Assembly: GCF_006345805.1 (NCBI RefSeq)
Contig: NC_042998.1
Location: 47,368,001-47,432,000, forward strand
From: Octopus sinensis
Taxonomy: Eukaryota
Direction: 5' to 3'
Length of the DNA stretch: 64,000 nucleotides
Shown: one piece after another, positions 1 through 13,885 of the stretch
Position numbering within the stretch: the first letter of the stretch is position 1
How the letters are laid out: each line of letters begins with the position of its first letter
The notes under the pieces: generated by a model
Told to the model about the DNA's origin: nothing
Database searches by the model: none
What the model saw: only the letters and a program-made list of their open reading frames with translations
Program-made: the position numbers and the translations under genes

Positions 1-767
1 AAAGTTACAGAACTCTTGATGAGATTCATAATCACATACCCATCACTGTACATACATTCTTTCATTACTTCAGCTTTTAAGTTTTGTACATATTTATCCC
101 CTTCCTGAAAGATGAACAATTACCTTCCTTGTCCCCAATTATAAAAATCACCAATTACTTTCCGTTAGATTTTTCTACTTGCTGAATCATTCATTCATAA
201 ACTTCTTCACTTACAACATGGACTAAATTTTTCAAGAAAATACGAAATTACAATAATTTCTATAATTTCGAAAGAAAGAACAATATTATATGTATTTTTA
301 TTTTGTATTTTATTTTGTAATTTATTTTGTAATTTTATTTGTATCGTTTTTACGTCCTGTTTGCGTCACATTTTTTTCTTTTCTTGTTTTTACCCCTCTG
401 CGAAGTAATTTTATTTAATTCTTTCGCAGAAAGGGCTAGTTTGACAAGTCGTGTCCTGTCCTCACCTTCGAAGCACGCTGGAGTTGAACTAGGGACAGCT
501 GATGAAGGGGAATTTTCCTTGTGTAGTTTGTCTTGTACTCTGTTTTTTCGCTGTTAAAAAGGGTCCGTTTCCATGCTTGTTTTTACGTTTTCGTTTCTCG
601 TTGAGTTCTGCGTCTATTTGTGGTGTCCTGTACTCACGTATATATATTTATATATGCATGTATATATACATGTAGATGTAGGTACGACACATATATGTAT
701 GTATGTATGCATATATTTTATTTATTACACTATATATATATATATATATATAGATATATATATATAA

Positions 768-915
768 ACGACGGGCTTCTTTCAGTTTCCGTCTACCAAA
801 TTCACTCACCCAAGGCTATAGTGGAAGACAGTTGCCCAAGATGCCCCGCAGTGGGACTGAAAACGGAACCATGAGGTTGGGAAGCAAGCTTCTTACTACA
901 CAACCACGCATGTGC
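768..915 (-). mobile_element. tRNA-derived CORE-type SINE (5' part)
   Basis: Reverse complement gives tRNA-like head and CORE-like 'cttgggcaac'; matches copies at 2453, 36928 and 62555. Confidence 0.8.
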
Positions 916-1297
916 TTATAATGAAGTTTCACAAACGGTTTTACTATAACAGCTTCGTTGCTACGTAATCTTCCATCGGGATATCGGAATTTCCTATTTT
1001 ATTTTTATCAATGAATCTATATAAAAAGTTTATTGTTAGTTTATGCTTTAGTTTCTCTTTCTAAAATATTAGACGTTAAATAGCCACATGGATCGTAGAT
1101 TTGTTCAAGTGTTTCAAAACGCCCACAAGTTTATTCCATTTCCAATTACTTTAAAGTTAATTCATTCAAATCCGGTAACAAAAAATTTGCTTGGTTTGGT
1201 TCATGTTTGTGTTTATGATTATTATTTACACTTCGTGAGTGTGTATGTGTTTGTGTATGTGTGCGTGGTCGTATCATATCATGTATTTATACGTCTA

Positions 1298-1495
<198 letters not shown>

Positions 1496-1511
1496 GCTCC
1501 ATTTAAATCGA

Positions 1512-1666
1512 TTAAACCTGAACAAATGACTGAAAAATAAAAGATTAGCCGAACCACTTGGAACTGGATAGGATACCAATACTTACATGGCTCCGTACGT
1601 ACCCAATTTAGTCACATATCCCACCCATCAAATTTTAGCCAAACCTTCGGGTTGTTTACAAATTTA

Positions 1667-1701
<35 letters not shown>

Positions 1702-2350
1702 ATATATATATATATATATATATATACATACACACTAGAGTAAAATTACCTATACATTAAAATTGTTTTGGTTTAGGCGCTTTAAATGGGGCATATATCA
1801 TTATATAAATAGTATATAATAATAGCATTATTAAATCTCTGAACGAGATGTAAACAGTAACCGCTCGACAACGTAAAGTATAATAGCCATCACAATATGG
1901 CTAACCACAAAGGGTGGGGGCTACTGTAGCTTTTAGCCCCATCGTCTCCAGCTGGCTTTAGGCACACTATCTGTGTCCTTATGGTATTTGCAAAGGGAGG
2001 ACATCCCTTTCTCGTAAGCCATCCGTTTCTCGTAAGCTAAAAGCTACAGTAACACCCACCCTTTGTGGTTAGCCATATTGAGATGGCTATTATACTTTAT
2101 ATAATAATAGTTATTATTAAACAGGACTTATGTGTGTCGCTCTTCTCCTTAATTTACAGCCTGCGTGTTTGTTTACAAATTTATAAATATATATACTAGA
2201 TTATAATTGTCTATACATAAGTGGTGTAGTCTACATTGGTGGGTAGACTATATGGATGAAGTGGGTGCCTACTGAGCCATGTAAGCATTGATGTCGTGTT
2301 CAATTCCCAGTGGTTCGGCCCATCTTTTTTCAGACATTTGTTTAGGTTTC
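1512..2350. repeat. Nested inverted-repeat structure
   Basis: 1512-1630 is a diverged reverse complement of about 2235-2350; 1874-1937 is a close reverse complement of 2036-2099. Confidence 0.65.
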
Positions 2351-2452
2351 GAGACAGTACTTCTTGATATACCAAACAATGTATATATATATATATATAT
2401 ACATACATATTTTTTTATACTTGTTTCAGTCATTTATGTATATATATATATA

Positions 2453-2615
2453 CGACAGGCTTCTTTCAGTTTCCGTCTACCAAATCCACTCACAAGGCTT
2501 TGGTCGGCCCGAGGCTATAGTAGAAGACACTTGCCCAAGGTGCCACGCAGTGGGACTGAACCCGGAACCGTGTGGTTGGTAAGCAGGCTACTTACCACAC
2601 AGCCACTCCTGCGCC
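2453..2615 (-). mobile_element. tRNA-derived CORE-type SINE
   Basis: Reverse complement: aggcgcaggagtggctgtgtggtaag...ccgggttcagtccc...accttgggcaagtgtc (A/B-box-like head plus CORE). Confidence 0.9.
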
Positions 2616-2654
2616 TATATATATATACATACATACATATATATATATACATAA

Positions 2655-2691
<37 letters not shown>

Positions 2692-2699
2692 CACATACG

Positions 2700-2885
2700 T
2701 TAGATCGTTAGCTACTACACGAATTTTTTTTCTGTCCTTGTTTTTTTCTGTGTATCTTTCTGTGGAAGAGCGTAGGCTCGAAACGTAAAATACTTTTTTC
2801 TATTCCTGAGCGCTATACTAATACATTTGTTCGTTTGTACACCACCTGCCTTCGTCTTATGTTTATTTTCGTAAACTTTCCTTTT
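2700..2885 (+). mobile_element. Short hammerhead-like-motif element (family A), Penelope-like/retrozyme-like
   Basis: tcttt CTGTGGA a gagc-gtag-gctc GAAA cg TA aaata at 2755-2792; homologous to 36518-36575, 40358-40570 and 63779-63985; flanked by TA-rich tracts. Confidence 0.7.
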
Positions 2886-2905
2886 ATATACATACATATA
2901 TATAC

Positions 2906-3233
2906 ATCTCAACAACAAGACATTATAACAATTTTATAAATTGTTATAATGTCTTGTTGTTGAGATAGGTTCTCTTTCTTTCCTGATGAGAAGATTACAT
3001 TATTTTACACCGTTAATTTCTTCGAAGCATATGTCGTAATTAAAAGGATTTGAATAACACCTGCGTTCAACTCCATTTATTTACTAATACTATACAAATT
3101 ACTGCACATTAACCCGGAGTTTCTACTTTTAAATAGGTCGCTACATCCTAGTTACTTGCGTGAATTTCCATACCCTCGTAACTGTTTACTGAATTTTCCA
3201 TGTTAACGTAAACAAAGGATAATTCATTCACCC

Positions 3234-3240
<7 letters not shown>
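2906..3240 (+). mobile_element. Element with 5' fold-back hairpin and degenerate hammerhead motif
   Basis: Perfect hairpin of about 29 bp at 2906-2966; CTGATGA gaag...cttc GAAg CATATG TC at 2983-3035; ends in (TA)n. Confidence 0.55.
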
Positions 3241-3308
<68 letters not shown>

Positions 3309-3370
3309 TATTAGAGACAAAACCACTATTTTGCAAAACAGTGGTTTTGGATTTATTCCCTAATATTTAT

Positions 3371-3408
<38 letters not shown>

Positions 3409-3579
3409 GAGGCACCGATGAAGCCATAGCATGTTATTCAGGTACTCAAATAAGCCTATTGCGTCTTATACCAGAAAAACAATAAGCTAATGATGTTTAT
3501 AACACAATCGTTTTTCCCTGTTTTCGAATGTTCTTATATTTACATACATATACATACATACATACCTACATATATATAC

Positions 3580-3656
<77 letters not shown>

Positions 3657-4160
3657 TATATATGTATACGTGTCTGTGTGTATAAATTTGCACAAACAGT
3701 TTAACTGGCATGTGCTCATTTAAATGCAGTAGAATTCAGTAATCGTCGTGAGAAATTTGTTATAGATTTTGAGTGCTAAAAAGCATGGATGATAACGCAA
3801 AAGAAATTTTCTCAGCACCTGCTGCTAGAAATGCTTTATAAAGTGATTTCAGGGGAAATTTCCTTTTCCCCAGCATCGTGCACCCTGCTAGTAAAAGCTA
3901 GATCGACACCCGTCATCGTGATATAATTTAACATTGACTAAACAGTCAATGAAGTCACCAAAAAAAATGTGACTTGTGTATAAATCAACTATTAACGACA
4001 GAATCAGCCTTTGTAACCATTATCAATTTGCGCATCAAAATTAACAGAGATGTGCTGTTATCGTTTTAAATGCCGTATCCAAAGAAATCATTTGTAGAAT
4101 GGCTTGTTATCCAGGTTAGGCTAATGCAATATAAATTCTTTTTTCATGAACAAAATCGTG

Positions 4161-4235
<75 letters not shown>

Positions 4236-4264
4236 ATGTCTATCTATCTATCTATCTATATGTC

Positions 4265-4330
<66 letters not shown>

Positions 4331-4364
4331 ACTGTCTGTCTGTCTGTCCATCTATCTATCTGTG

Positions 4365-4409
<45 letters not shown>

Positions 4410-4487
4410 GTGTATATATGTATCTATCTATCTATCTGTGTATCTATCTATCTGTGTATCTATCTATCTATCTGTGTATCTATCTAT
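4161..4487. repeat. (TATC)n microsatellite
   Basis: Direct reading. Confidence 0.98.
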
Positions 4488-5043
4488 GTAGCTAGCTAGC
4501 TAGCTATCACACACACATATGTACAGACACACACAAATGCATGGGTATATACAATGAAATACATGCAAGCAAAAACGCACCTGTGGATGCATGTTTCTTC
4601 ATGTGGGCATCGAACATGTCTCTATGTATTCGCATGCGTAATGGTGTATGTGAAGTCAAATTTGAAATTTGTTTTATTTTCTGCTTTATTTACTCGTGAA
4701 TTAAATTTAAGTATCCTTATCTTAAAGGAAGTTGTGATATATATGATATATACATGAATAGTGTGTGTGCGTATTGTGTGTGCTGCATGTGTGTATGTGT
4801 GTGTGTAATTGTGCGTGATGGGGGATGATGTGGGTCGATGGCTGCATCCGTGTGAAGGACATTTGTAGGAGTGTGTCTTATCTGTCAAGTGCAGCAAAGC
4901 TCATCCCATCCAAGTAAAGTACTTTCGTTTATTCTCTTCACCTAATTTCCTGAATTTTGATATTATAAACAAAAATGAAAGTCAGAACAAAAGCAAATCT
5001 TAATAAAGCGGAATTTTTAATTCAACACATTGAATGTAATTCC

Positions 5044-5081
5044 TAATAATAATAATGATAATAATAATAATAATAATAATG

Positions 5082-5114
<33 letters not shown>

Positions 5115-5119
5115 GTAGA

Positions 5120-5192
<73 letters not shown>
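5044..5192. repeat. (AAT)n microsatellite
   Basis: Direct reading. Confidence 0.98.
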
Positions 5193-5479
5193 TAATTCAC
5201 CTCTGGAAACATAGGTGTTTCGTTCAACGTCCTTAAACAACCCTTATTCAGGGACCTTTTGAGCGGGATGGGTTACTCGATCTGAAGAAAATTCTAACTG
5301 GGCTCCACCTGCAAGGTCATGTGCTGTTTATCTTGATATGAGATCACCATGTCGCGCACATATGGTTGTGATGCATGTGCCTGGTGTACCCTTATCAGAC
5401 GGGTAGTCATGATGGGTATACTGGGCTTCGTATATTTTACCCCAGTGTCACTTTGATGGCATGCTCTGCTCGCTCACTC

Positions 5480-5528
<49 letters not shown>

Positions 5529-6065
5529 GCCCTGATGCAGTACCAAACTGGCTTTCATGGCTTCTGATCTTAGCTGATTGGAAGCGTTATCATGTACATT
5601 GTTTTGTCTTGGTATAAAAGATGGGCTACAGTAAATATTCTGCTCAATACCACAGATTTACTGGTCAGTTGTTTGACTTTAACCAGTTGAGCATGTTCCT
5701 TAGTGGCTGACGATATGTGCATCTCTGATCACGAGCAGAAGTAGTGGGGGAGCATCATAGCCGTGTGTTGAAAGGAATTCTTAGCGGTTTTGATAATTCA
5801 CCTTTGGAAACATGGGTGGTTCATTCAACATCTTTAAACAATCCTTATTCAGGGACCTTTTGAGCAGAATAGGCTACTCGACCAGAAGAAAATTCTAACT
5901 GGGCCCCACCTGCAAAGTCATGTGCTGTTTATCTTGATATGAGATCACCATGTCGCGCGCATATGATTGTGATGCACGTGCCTGGTGTACCCTTATCAGG
6001 CGAGTAGTCATGATGGGTATACTGGGCTTCGTGTCACTTTTATGGCATGCACTGCTCTCTCACTC
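5193..6065 (+). mobile_element. Two copies (one 5'-truncated, one near full) of a ~560 bp (AAT)n-embedded non-coding retroposon
   Basis: 5193-5478 and 5528-6065 match 28129-28684 and 28809-29363; each ends in ...ctcactc plus an (AAT)n tail. Confidence 0.85.
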
Positions 6066-6139
6066 AGTAATAATAATAATAATAATAATAATAAAATAAT
6101 AATAATAATAATAATAATAATTATAATAATAATATACAC

Positions 6140-7790
6140 TTCCCTGGAACAGAACTCTAACTTTCCTCAAACTCAAAAAGGTGGTAAAAGTAATTCTTAC
6201 GGATGTAAATATCAATTCCTCTTGAATAAATGAATTTTAGAAAATTGCCAGAGCAACAAGAAGAACCTGAGCATGGCATGAATAGACGACAGAAAAGCGT
6301 TTGATAGTGTTCCATATAATTGGCCACCCAAGGCCCTTGAAATATACAAAATGTCTCCTGCCGTCTCCAAATTCATACAAAGTAGCATGTCTCCTTCTAA
6401 ACCATAGTAATGGGATGAGCCAATCTAACATCAACATCTTTAAAGGCATTTTTCAAGGCATCTTCTCATTACTCTTTTGCATGGCACTGATCCCACTCTA
6501 AAACGAACTGAGTAACATCAGGTATGGGTTCAAAATTTATAATATTAAAGTAAATCATCTGTTTTATAAGGATGATCTGAAGCTGTTTGCTAGAAATGAC
6601 GAATAGTTAGCGGGGCTGTTAACAACTATTAAAGAGTTCAGCAATAATATTAGGATGAATTTTGGCCTTGATAAGCGTGCTAAAGCAACTTTTGTGAGAG
6701 GGAAGCTCAAGCAAACAGCTTTCATTAAATTAGATACTGACACTGACATCAAGGAGCTTGAATCACAAGGAAATTGTAAATGTCTGGGGTAAACGAAGGA
6801 GGCGGTATACAATATGTTACTATGAAAGAAAAAATACGAAAGGTGTATTACAGAAGAATAAGACTCATACTAAAAGCTGAACACTATTCCAAAAGTCGCA
6901 AAGAAGCTATTAAAACACTGGCACTTCCAGTAGTCCAATATACTTTAAACATCCTTGACTAGAGTCTCACAGAACTCCAACATCAGTGGCTGAGAAGCTC
7001 AGGGCTGAAAGCAGAGATTGAAGGTATCATACTAGCAGCACAAGACCAAAGTTTGCTCACCAAAATCTACCAGGCTAAAGTACTTCAAACGGCTCTGACC
7101 TCAACTGAAGAGTCTGCGATAAATTTTATGTAACCATAGAACATCTAGTCTCGGAATGTTCTGTACTGACACCAAACGGATACAAAAATCGCCACGATAA
7201 TTTAGGACAGTATTTACTTTGGAAAGTATGTAAACACTACAAAATCAACTCTCCTGCTTACTGGTATGAACATCATCTCGCGCCAGACGCTGAAGTCACT
7301 ATCTCAGGGATTTTCCAGTCAACACCGAAGACTGATCCAGGTTAATGGACTGGACATAATCATTAAAGAGAATTCATACTGATAAAAATATATCTGTAAA
7401 AGAATTTGACAAACTAAGTAAGGACCTGGAAATTGAAATGCCAAAGCTGTGGCATTTTGAAACGAGAACTGTTCGAGTTATTGTAAGTAGCCTTGGTATG
7501 ATAAGAAAGAGATATCAGAAACATCTAGATAAGATCCCAGGAGAACCATGTCTCAGAGAAATCCAAAGGATTGTGCTGACAAGTATTGCACACATCCTAA
7601 GAAAAACATTATCTATTTAAATGTATGAGTTTTATTACATGAAGATTTTTCGCTACTGTTTCTGTAACTTGCCCTTCCGCAGCTTTCAATCATGCTGTGT
7701 AACATCTCTTATCCTTCACACGCCCTAGGACGGTGGGTGTGTCTCGGCGAGTGGCTGTAATAAACATGCAGATTAAAAGTAAATGATGAT
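6140..7790 (+). mobile_element. R4/Dong-like RLE non-LTR retrotransposon remnant (RT, CCHC, RLE), disrupted
   Basis: Across frames: KAFDSVP, LFYKDDLKLFARND, FGLDK, WLRSSGLKAEIEGIILAAQDQ, IEHLVSEC, RHDNLG, ILRKTLSI*; (ATG/AAT)n tail. Confidence 0.85.
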
Positions 7791-7929
7791 GATGATGGTG
7801 ATGAGGATGATAATAATGATATTCAGGGACCTTTTGGGTGCGATATGTTATTCGACCAGAAGAAAAGTCTAACTGGGCAAAGTCATGTGCTGTTTATCTT
7901 GATATGAAATCACCATTTCGTGCATATAA

Positions 7930-8365
7930 TACTAAAGCTGACAGGACGGAGAGTGAGAAAGTGAGACTGGATGAAGTTGAAGAGCAGAAATGAGTGGCAA
8001 TAGGATTGGAAGAGCTAACAAGTTTTCTTAGGAAGTCTCACAAAACAAGAATGGAAAAATCTTCAAGACAGGGTAGGACAGTATTTACATCGGAAAATAC
8101 ATAAACACTACAAAACTATCACTCCTGCATACTGGTATGAACATCTACCTGAGCCAGTCATTGAAGGTAAAAATCTTACTATTCTCAGGGATTTTCCAGC
8201 CAACACTGACAGAACGACCCAGGCTAATCGACCAGACGTAATTAATAATGACAGGGAAGAAAATACTTTTAGATTAATAGATGTAAGTGTTCCCACTGAT
8301 AAAAATATATCATTAAAGAAATTTGACAATCTAAGTAAATGTAAGGACCTGGAAATTGAAATACA
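7930..8365 (+). mobile_element. Second R4/Dong-like fragment (RLE region)
   Basis: Paralogous to 7200-7440; encodes WYEH.PE..., ANRPDV, IDVSVP. Confidence 0.7.
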
Positions 8366-8369
8366 TTTG

Positions 8370-8800
8370 TTAAATGGTGATTACAGTCCGAATATGTTGT
8401 GAGAGTTTTGAAGGAGCTTTCGTCTCTACAAATTGTTGCGTAGATCATGTCCTATACAAATTGTGTTACAGTATTGGGTGACGCCTTTTGGTTTGTGTTG
8501 GTTAGAAAATGAGTTGTTTGCGATAATGATGTCGTTGTGAAGAATGTTTTAGAACATTGGGTGTCAAAACTGTAAAAGTTATTTTACTAAGTCATGATGA
8601 TGTTGAGTTTGTGATCCAAATGTTGTGTTCTATTATTTAGAGTATGTCTGGTGTAAATTGTGCGGAAAGTTTTAGGATATCCTATTGAATTGAAAATGTC
8701 TATCTTTAATAAAGATGCGGTCTGTTCCGAAACCCAGTCAATGGTTGATATGTTCGTAGATGTATACGCCATTGTGTAGGTTATGTTCTATTCATGATGC
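8370..8800 (-). mobile_element. Possible old Penelope-like RT-thumb/GIY-YIG remnant
   Basis: FNSIGYPKTF resembles the PLE 'NGYP' motif, followed by GV..C...IG-like residues; highly decayed. Confidence 0.3.
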
Positions 8801-10549
8801 TCAAATATTATCGTTTGAACTATTTTACATTCATAATCTACATCCTGTTTATTAATTTCTATCAATATTATTTTTAAAATGCTTAACTACTAAACTATTT
8901 CAATGTTTATTAAAACATTTTAAATTACGGCTTTCCTGACATATGTGGGGGGAAAATGCTTACGTAGTTTCCTTCCAACAAAAAAGAAAAGAAATACTTT
9001 GCAATGCATCGAATTAACAAACAAATATTTTACAAGAACTGCGTATTATTTCTGTTTTATAAGTCAATTACACTACTTAGATTAAAGTAAAGAGCAGGGG
9101 AACGTCAGTTTATAATGGTTTTTCCCTGTACGTATTTCTTTTAGACATAATTCAAGTATTGGTTTATTATGATATAATTGACTTGCACTTAGTGTATTTA
9201 AACTTTCCGTAGTAAAACTAAACGTTTACATATTCATGCATGAAAACATGCACACACATACACACACACAAATACATGTATAGTTTATGATATACGCATA
9301 TATATACGTACATACTTGTGTGTATATATATGAATATATCTATCTATCTATATGCATATATATATATATATATAATTTTTTGCAATTTTGAAGAAGTGTT
9401 GGTACATAAATTTTTATTTTCTGTCGACTATAACTGCGCTTGCGCGGTGGATTTGAAAGATTATAATGCATATAGATGGGACATGTGCATTCCACAAATA
9501 TACATTAACTATTCTCGAACCGCCACATTTAAAAAAAATGAAAAGTCTTTAAAAATATTGGAAAGTTTATTAAAAAATTGATTGAAAAAAGGCAAGTATG
9601 CATATGGATAATAAAGTCTCTCAAAAAGCGATTACTCACATCTAACTCAATTTCGCAGAATCAATGTCGGGACGTGAGATGGAAGTTTGACTGGCAGAAG
9701 GGACTAGGATGCACATGCCAGTTCTTTTGACATTACCCCCTCCCCTTTTCTCCAATCCTAAAAGACAAAATGCAAACTGAATAGTTTGGAAAAATGGGAA
9801 AGGTAAAATTTTATGGAAGACTTACTCGGGCTAACGGGAGGGTGGCGCATAGAAAACCGGTGTTCAATAAAAAGAGAGTGTTGTGCAGCGTTGAGAGGAC
9901 GGCGTGTGATTTTGAAGTGACCGTGACCGAAAAAGAAAAAAAGTTGTTAAATACGGGTGAACAGTCTTCATCAAAATAAAAATACGTCGCTTACAGTTCC
10001 ATTTGAAATGAGGCACCCATTGAAAAAGTGACATAGCCTAAGTAGCAATGGAATAAAAGTAATTCAGCTTTAATAATAGGCCAATATATCCATGCAAGTA
10101 AGGATAAAGTAAAAATGTAATAGCATTGTATTGTGTGATACTATTCACAGGTCATTAATTAAAAAATCGATAAGCCTTCTCGACAAAACGCGAAAAAAAT
10201 CACGCATATCGTCTCGTGTCACTAAATCGGGAAAATAAAATGAAAATTAACCGTAAACTTGATTATTTTTGTACTTCTCGGCGGAATTTTTGAGCGAATC
10301 AAAATCTAAAAAAATATTTCTCGTCAAATCCTACAGGTTGGTATAATTTTTATACAGATCAAATCAAAAATGGCAAGCAGCAAAAGATCAAACGGTATAT
10401 ATTATTCATAGAAAAATACAGAGTACATTTAAACACACAAGAGATGACCATAATAGGACATCTAACTCACTAGAAAGATTTTGAAAAATTATAACATATA
10501 AACACGAGGCATGTTCTTTATCGCCTCGTGTCTATGTGTGAGCCTTGGC

Positions 10550-10635
10550 ATCCTGCTGACGAGGCAATGCCAGTTGTAAATTAAAATTATTTTATTTTAT
10601 TTACATAAGTTTGCCGAAACTATGCATAGGAAAGA
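10550..10635 (+). ncRNA. Degenerate type I hammerhead-like motif with long stem II
   Basis: CTGACGA GGCAA...TTGCC GAAA CTATGCATAG (palindrome); cleavage triplet not intact. Confidence 0.5.
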
Positions 10636-11416
10636 TAGGGTAAATGTTTTTATTTTTCATTCCCTTTCAGAATTGCAACTATTAGTGTCTTGGAGTTTTA
10701 ACTACTCTTTCTAGTGAGTCAGATGTCCTATTATGGTCATCTCTTATGCGTTTAAATGTACACTGTATTTTTCTATGAATAATATATAGTCTATTGACTA
10801 ATTTTTTCCTTTTCGCTAGACCACTGGTAGCAAAGAATTTTTCTATAAAGTTTTCTGCTACCCTAAGATTTATTAATATATATATAATCAAAGTAAGCAA
10901 CAAGAATATCTTCGGTACGATCGTTTCACGCTACATCATTTTATTAAACATTGTAAGTATTACATTAGTTTTAAAATGTTGAGCAATCACCAGCCATTCA
11001 TAGAGGTTTTCCATCAATAAATGTACTTATTTCTATGTTAATTGATAACATTATAAGGAGGGTAGATATATAAACAGAGATGTTGATTTGAATGTTAAGA
11101 ACATTAAGGCAACAAAAAAATGATAGAATAAATAAAGTCAAGGATTTCCGTTGATCCGATCAACGAAACAGCCTGCTCGTAAAACTGACGTGAAAGCGGC
11201 TGAGCACTCCATAGGCACGCGTACCTTCACGTAGTTGTCAGGGAAATCCAACGTGATACAGAATGTACCAAGGCTGGCGCCTGCTGAGTGGACTGTAGCA
11301 AAGTGTAATAAAGTGTCTTGCTCAAGGATGGGTTTGTCAAATTTTCCCTTTGTATTTGTTAAATTATCCGGTTGTTATGTTTTTATAAGAATCCTTGAAA
11401 TACATACATACATATA

Positions 11417-11446
<30 letters not shown>

Positions 11447-11447
<1 letters not shown>

Positions 11448-11610
11448 GACGGGATTTCACACAATTACCGTCTAGCAAATTCACTCACAACACATTCTTT
11501 GGCACAGAGTTATTGTAGAAGTCACATAGCCAAAGTGCCGTGCAATGCGCTTGAACACAGAACCACGCGGTTGCGAAGCGAGCTTCTTATACAGAGAGCC
11601 ATGCTTGTGT
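11447..11610 (-). mobile_element. Diverged CORE-type SINE
   Basis: Similarity to 2453-2615. Confidence 0.65.
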
Positions 11611-12629
11611 CTATAATTTATTGTATATTCTTAGAATTATTCTAAAATCCGCATCAGCAATGTAAACTCTGAAAGTTAACATCTGTATAACAATATGCGC
11701 CTTAAACACCCACAACGTACGTGATAGAGTTTATTAAATAGACCATAGAGATATGCTCTTCGTAGTTATATGACTTACTAGAAATAGTAACTATATCTCT
11801 TACAAATAATACCCTGCGGTCTTTGGAAAGGAAACAGCGCATAACGGCATTTCATCCGTCTTTACGTCCCAAGTTCAAAAGCTGCCGACGTTGACTTTGC
11901 TTTTCACGGTATCTATCAAATAGGTATTAGTTGAGTAGACGATTAGATCCTTCCCCCAAAATATCAGGTCTCGAGTCTATAGTAGAAAGGATTATATTGA
12001 TTATTGTTGATTATTTCTGTTGTCGTTGTTGATATATTTTTCACTATCTATATCTGTCGTATATGTATGAGGTGTGTAGTTGAAGTGAACTAGTAAACTC
12101 CCGTTAAAGTACGTGTAGTACCACACAAGATACGATTGCGCTTTTAAAGTGCATCTATTAAAAAAGTTATATATTCAACTATCAAGACTAAAGCCTGTTG
12201 AACTCAACAAGCCTCAAGTGCAAACCCAATTTGTAGTACTACTCATGTATTCAGAATTGCACTCACAGCTACATATGCAAACATTCAAGACAGCATGGTT
12301 TAAAAAAATAAATCAATGAGGTCACATACTCCTCAGTAACGCTATTAGCATGAAAATGAACAGTTAAGTTAGTAGATTTAATATAGAAAACATTAAAAGT
12401 CTAATTAGAAAACTAATACAGTGAGGAGATATTTATTAGCTCAATGACATCGGTTAAGGCTAACATTATAGTAGGTTTACTACACTCCCTCTCTATTTTC
12501 CTCTCTCCGTCTCCTTCACAGGCACACACTCTCTCTCTCCCACATGCATACACTCTCTTTAGCGAATACATACATTGTTCTCATGCACGCTCTCCCTCTC
12601 TCTCCTCTCCCGTGTTCGTTCTTTCTGAG

Positions 12630-13885
12630 AACCTTTTACAAAGAGGACAAACAAGGACAGACATAGGGATTAAGTCGATTACATCGACTCCAGTGCATAA
12701 CTGGTACTTATTTAATCGATCCCGAAAGGATGAATAGCAAAGTCGACCTCGGCGGAATTTGAACTCAGAACGTAACGGCAGAGGAAATACCTGTTTCTAT
12801 TTCTTTACTACCCACAAGGAGATAAACACAGAGGGGACAAACAAGGACAGACAAGCAGATTAAGTCGATTATATCGACCCCAGTGCGTAACTGGTACTTA
12901 TTTAATCGACCCCGAAAGGATGAAAGGTAAAGTCGACCTCGGCGGAATTTGAATTCAGAACGTAGCGGCAGACGAAATACCTATTTCTTTACTACCCACA
13001 AGGGGCTAAACACAGAGAGGACAAACAAGGACAGACAAACAGATTAAGTCGATTATATCGACCCCAGTGCGTAACTGGTACTTAATTTATCGACCCCGAA
13101 AGGATGAAAGGCAAAGTCGACCTCGGCGGAATTTGAACTCAGAACGTAACGGCAGACGAAATACTGCTACGCATTTCGCCCGGCGTGCTAACGTTTCTGC
13201 CAGCTCGCCGCCTTCTTCTGAGTACCTTTTAATGCCTTCACAACAGACTTTTGGACTCTGAGCTAGCATGCTATGACCCATACCTATTTCTTTACTACCC
13301 ACAAGGGGCTAACACAGAGAGGACAAAGGACAGACAAACGGATTAAGTCGATTATATCGACCCCAGTGCGTAACTGGTACTTATTTAATCGACCCCGAAA
13401 GGATGAAAGGCAAAGTCGACCTCGGCGGAATTTGAACTCAGAACGTAACGGCAGACGAAATACTGCTACGCATTTCGCCCGGCGTGCTAACGTTTCTGCC
13501 AGCTCGCCGCCTTCTTTCTGAGTACCTTTTAATGCCTTCACAACAGACTTTTGGACTCTGAGCTAGCATGCTATGACCACATACCTATTTCTTTACTACC
13601 CACAAGGGGCTAAACACAGAGAGGACAAAGGACAGACAAACGGATTAAGTCGATTATATCGACCCCAGTGCGTAACTGGTACTTATTTAATCGACCCCGA
13701 AAGGATGAAAGGCAAAGTCGACCTCGGCGGAATTTGAACTCAGAACGTAACGGCAGACGAAATACTGCTACGCATTTCGCCCGGCGTGCTAACGTTTCTG
13801 CCAGCTCGCCGCCTTCTTTCTGAGTACCTTTTAATGCCTTCACAACAGACTTTTGGACTCTGAGCTAGCATGCTATGACCACATA
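12630..13885 (-). mobile_element. Tandem/nested array of tRNA-derived SINE (Meta-domain-like body)
   Basis: Reverse complement head tggcagaaacgttagc...gagttcaaattcc; body gtcgactttgcctttcatcctttcggggtcgat; three ~300 bp units starting near 12981, 13285 and 13585, plus two headless copies. Confidence 0.92.

Noticed and set aside
9380-10420. Possible Helitron/Helentron-like non-autonomous element
   Set aside because: Looks repeat-like but I could not identify termini or a second copy
10905-10970. Minus-strand GAAACGATCGTA half-motif
   Set aside because: Palindromic stem III present but no convincing CTGAnGA or stem II partner
12630-13885. CRISPR-like or other prokaryotic repeat array
   Set aside because: Units are whole SINE copies with identical spacers; eukaryotic context; no cas genes
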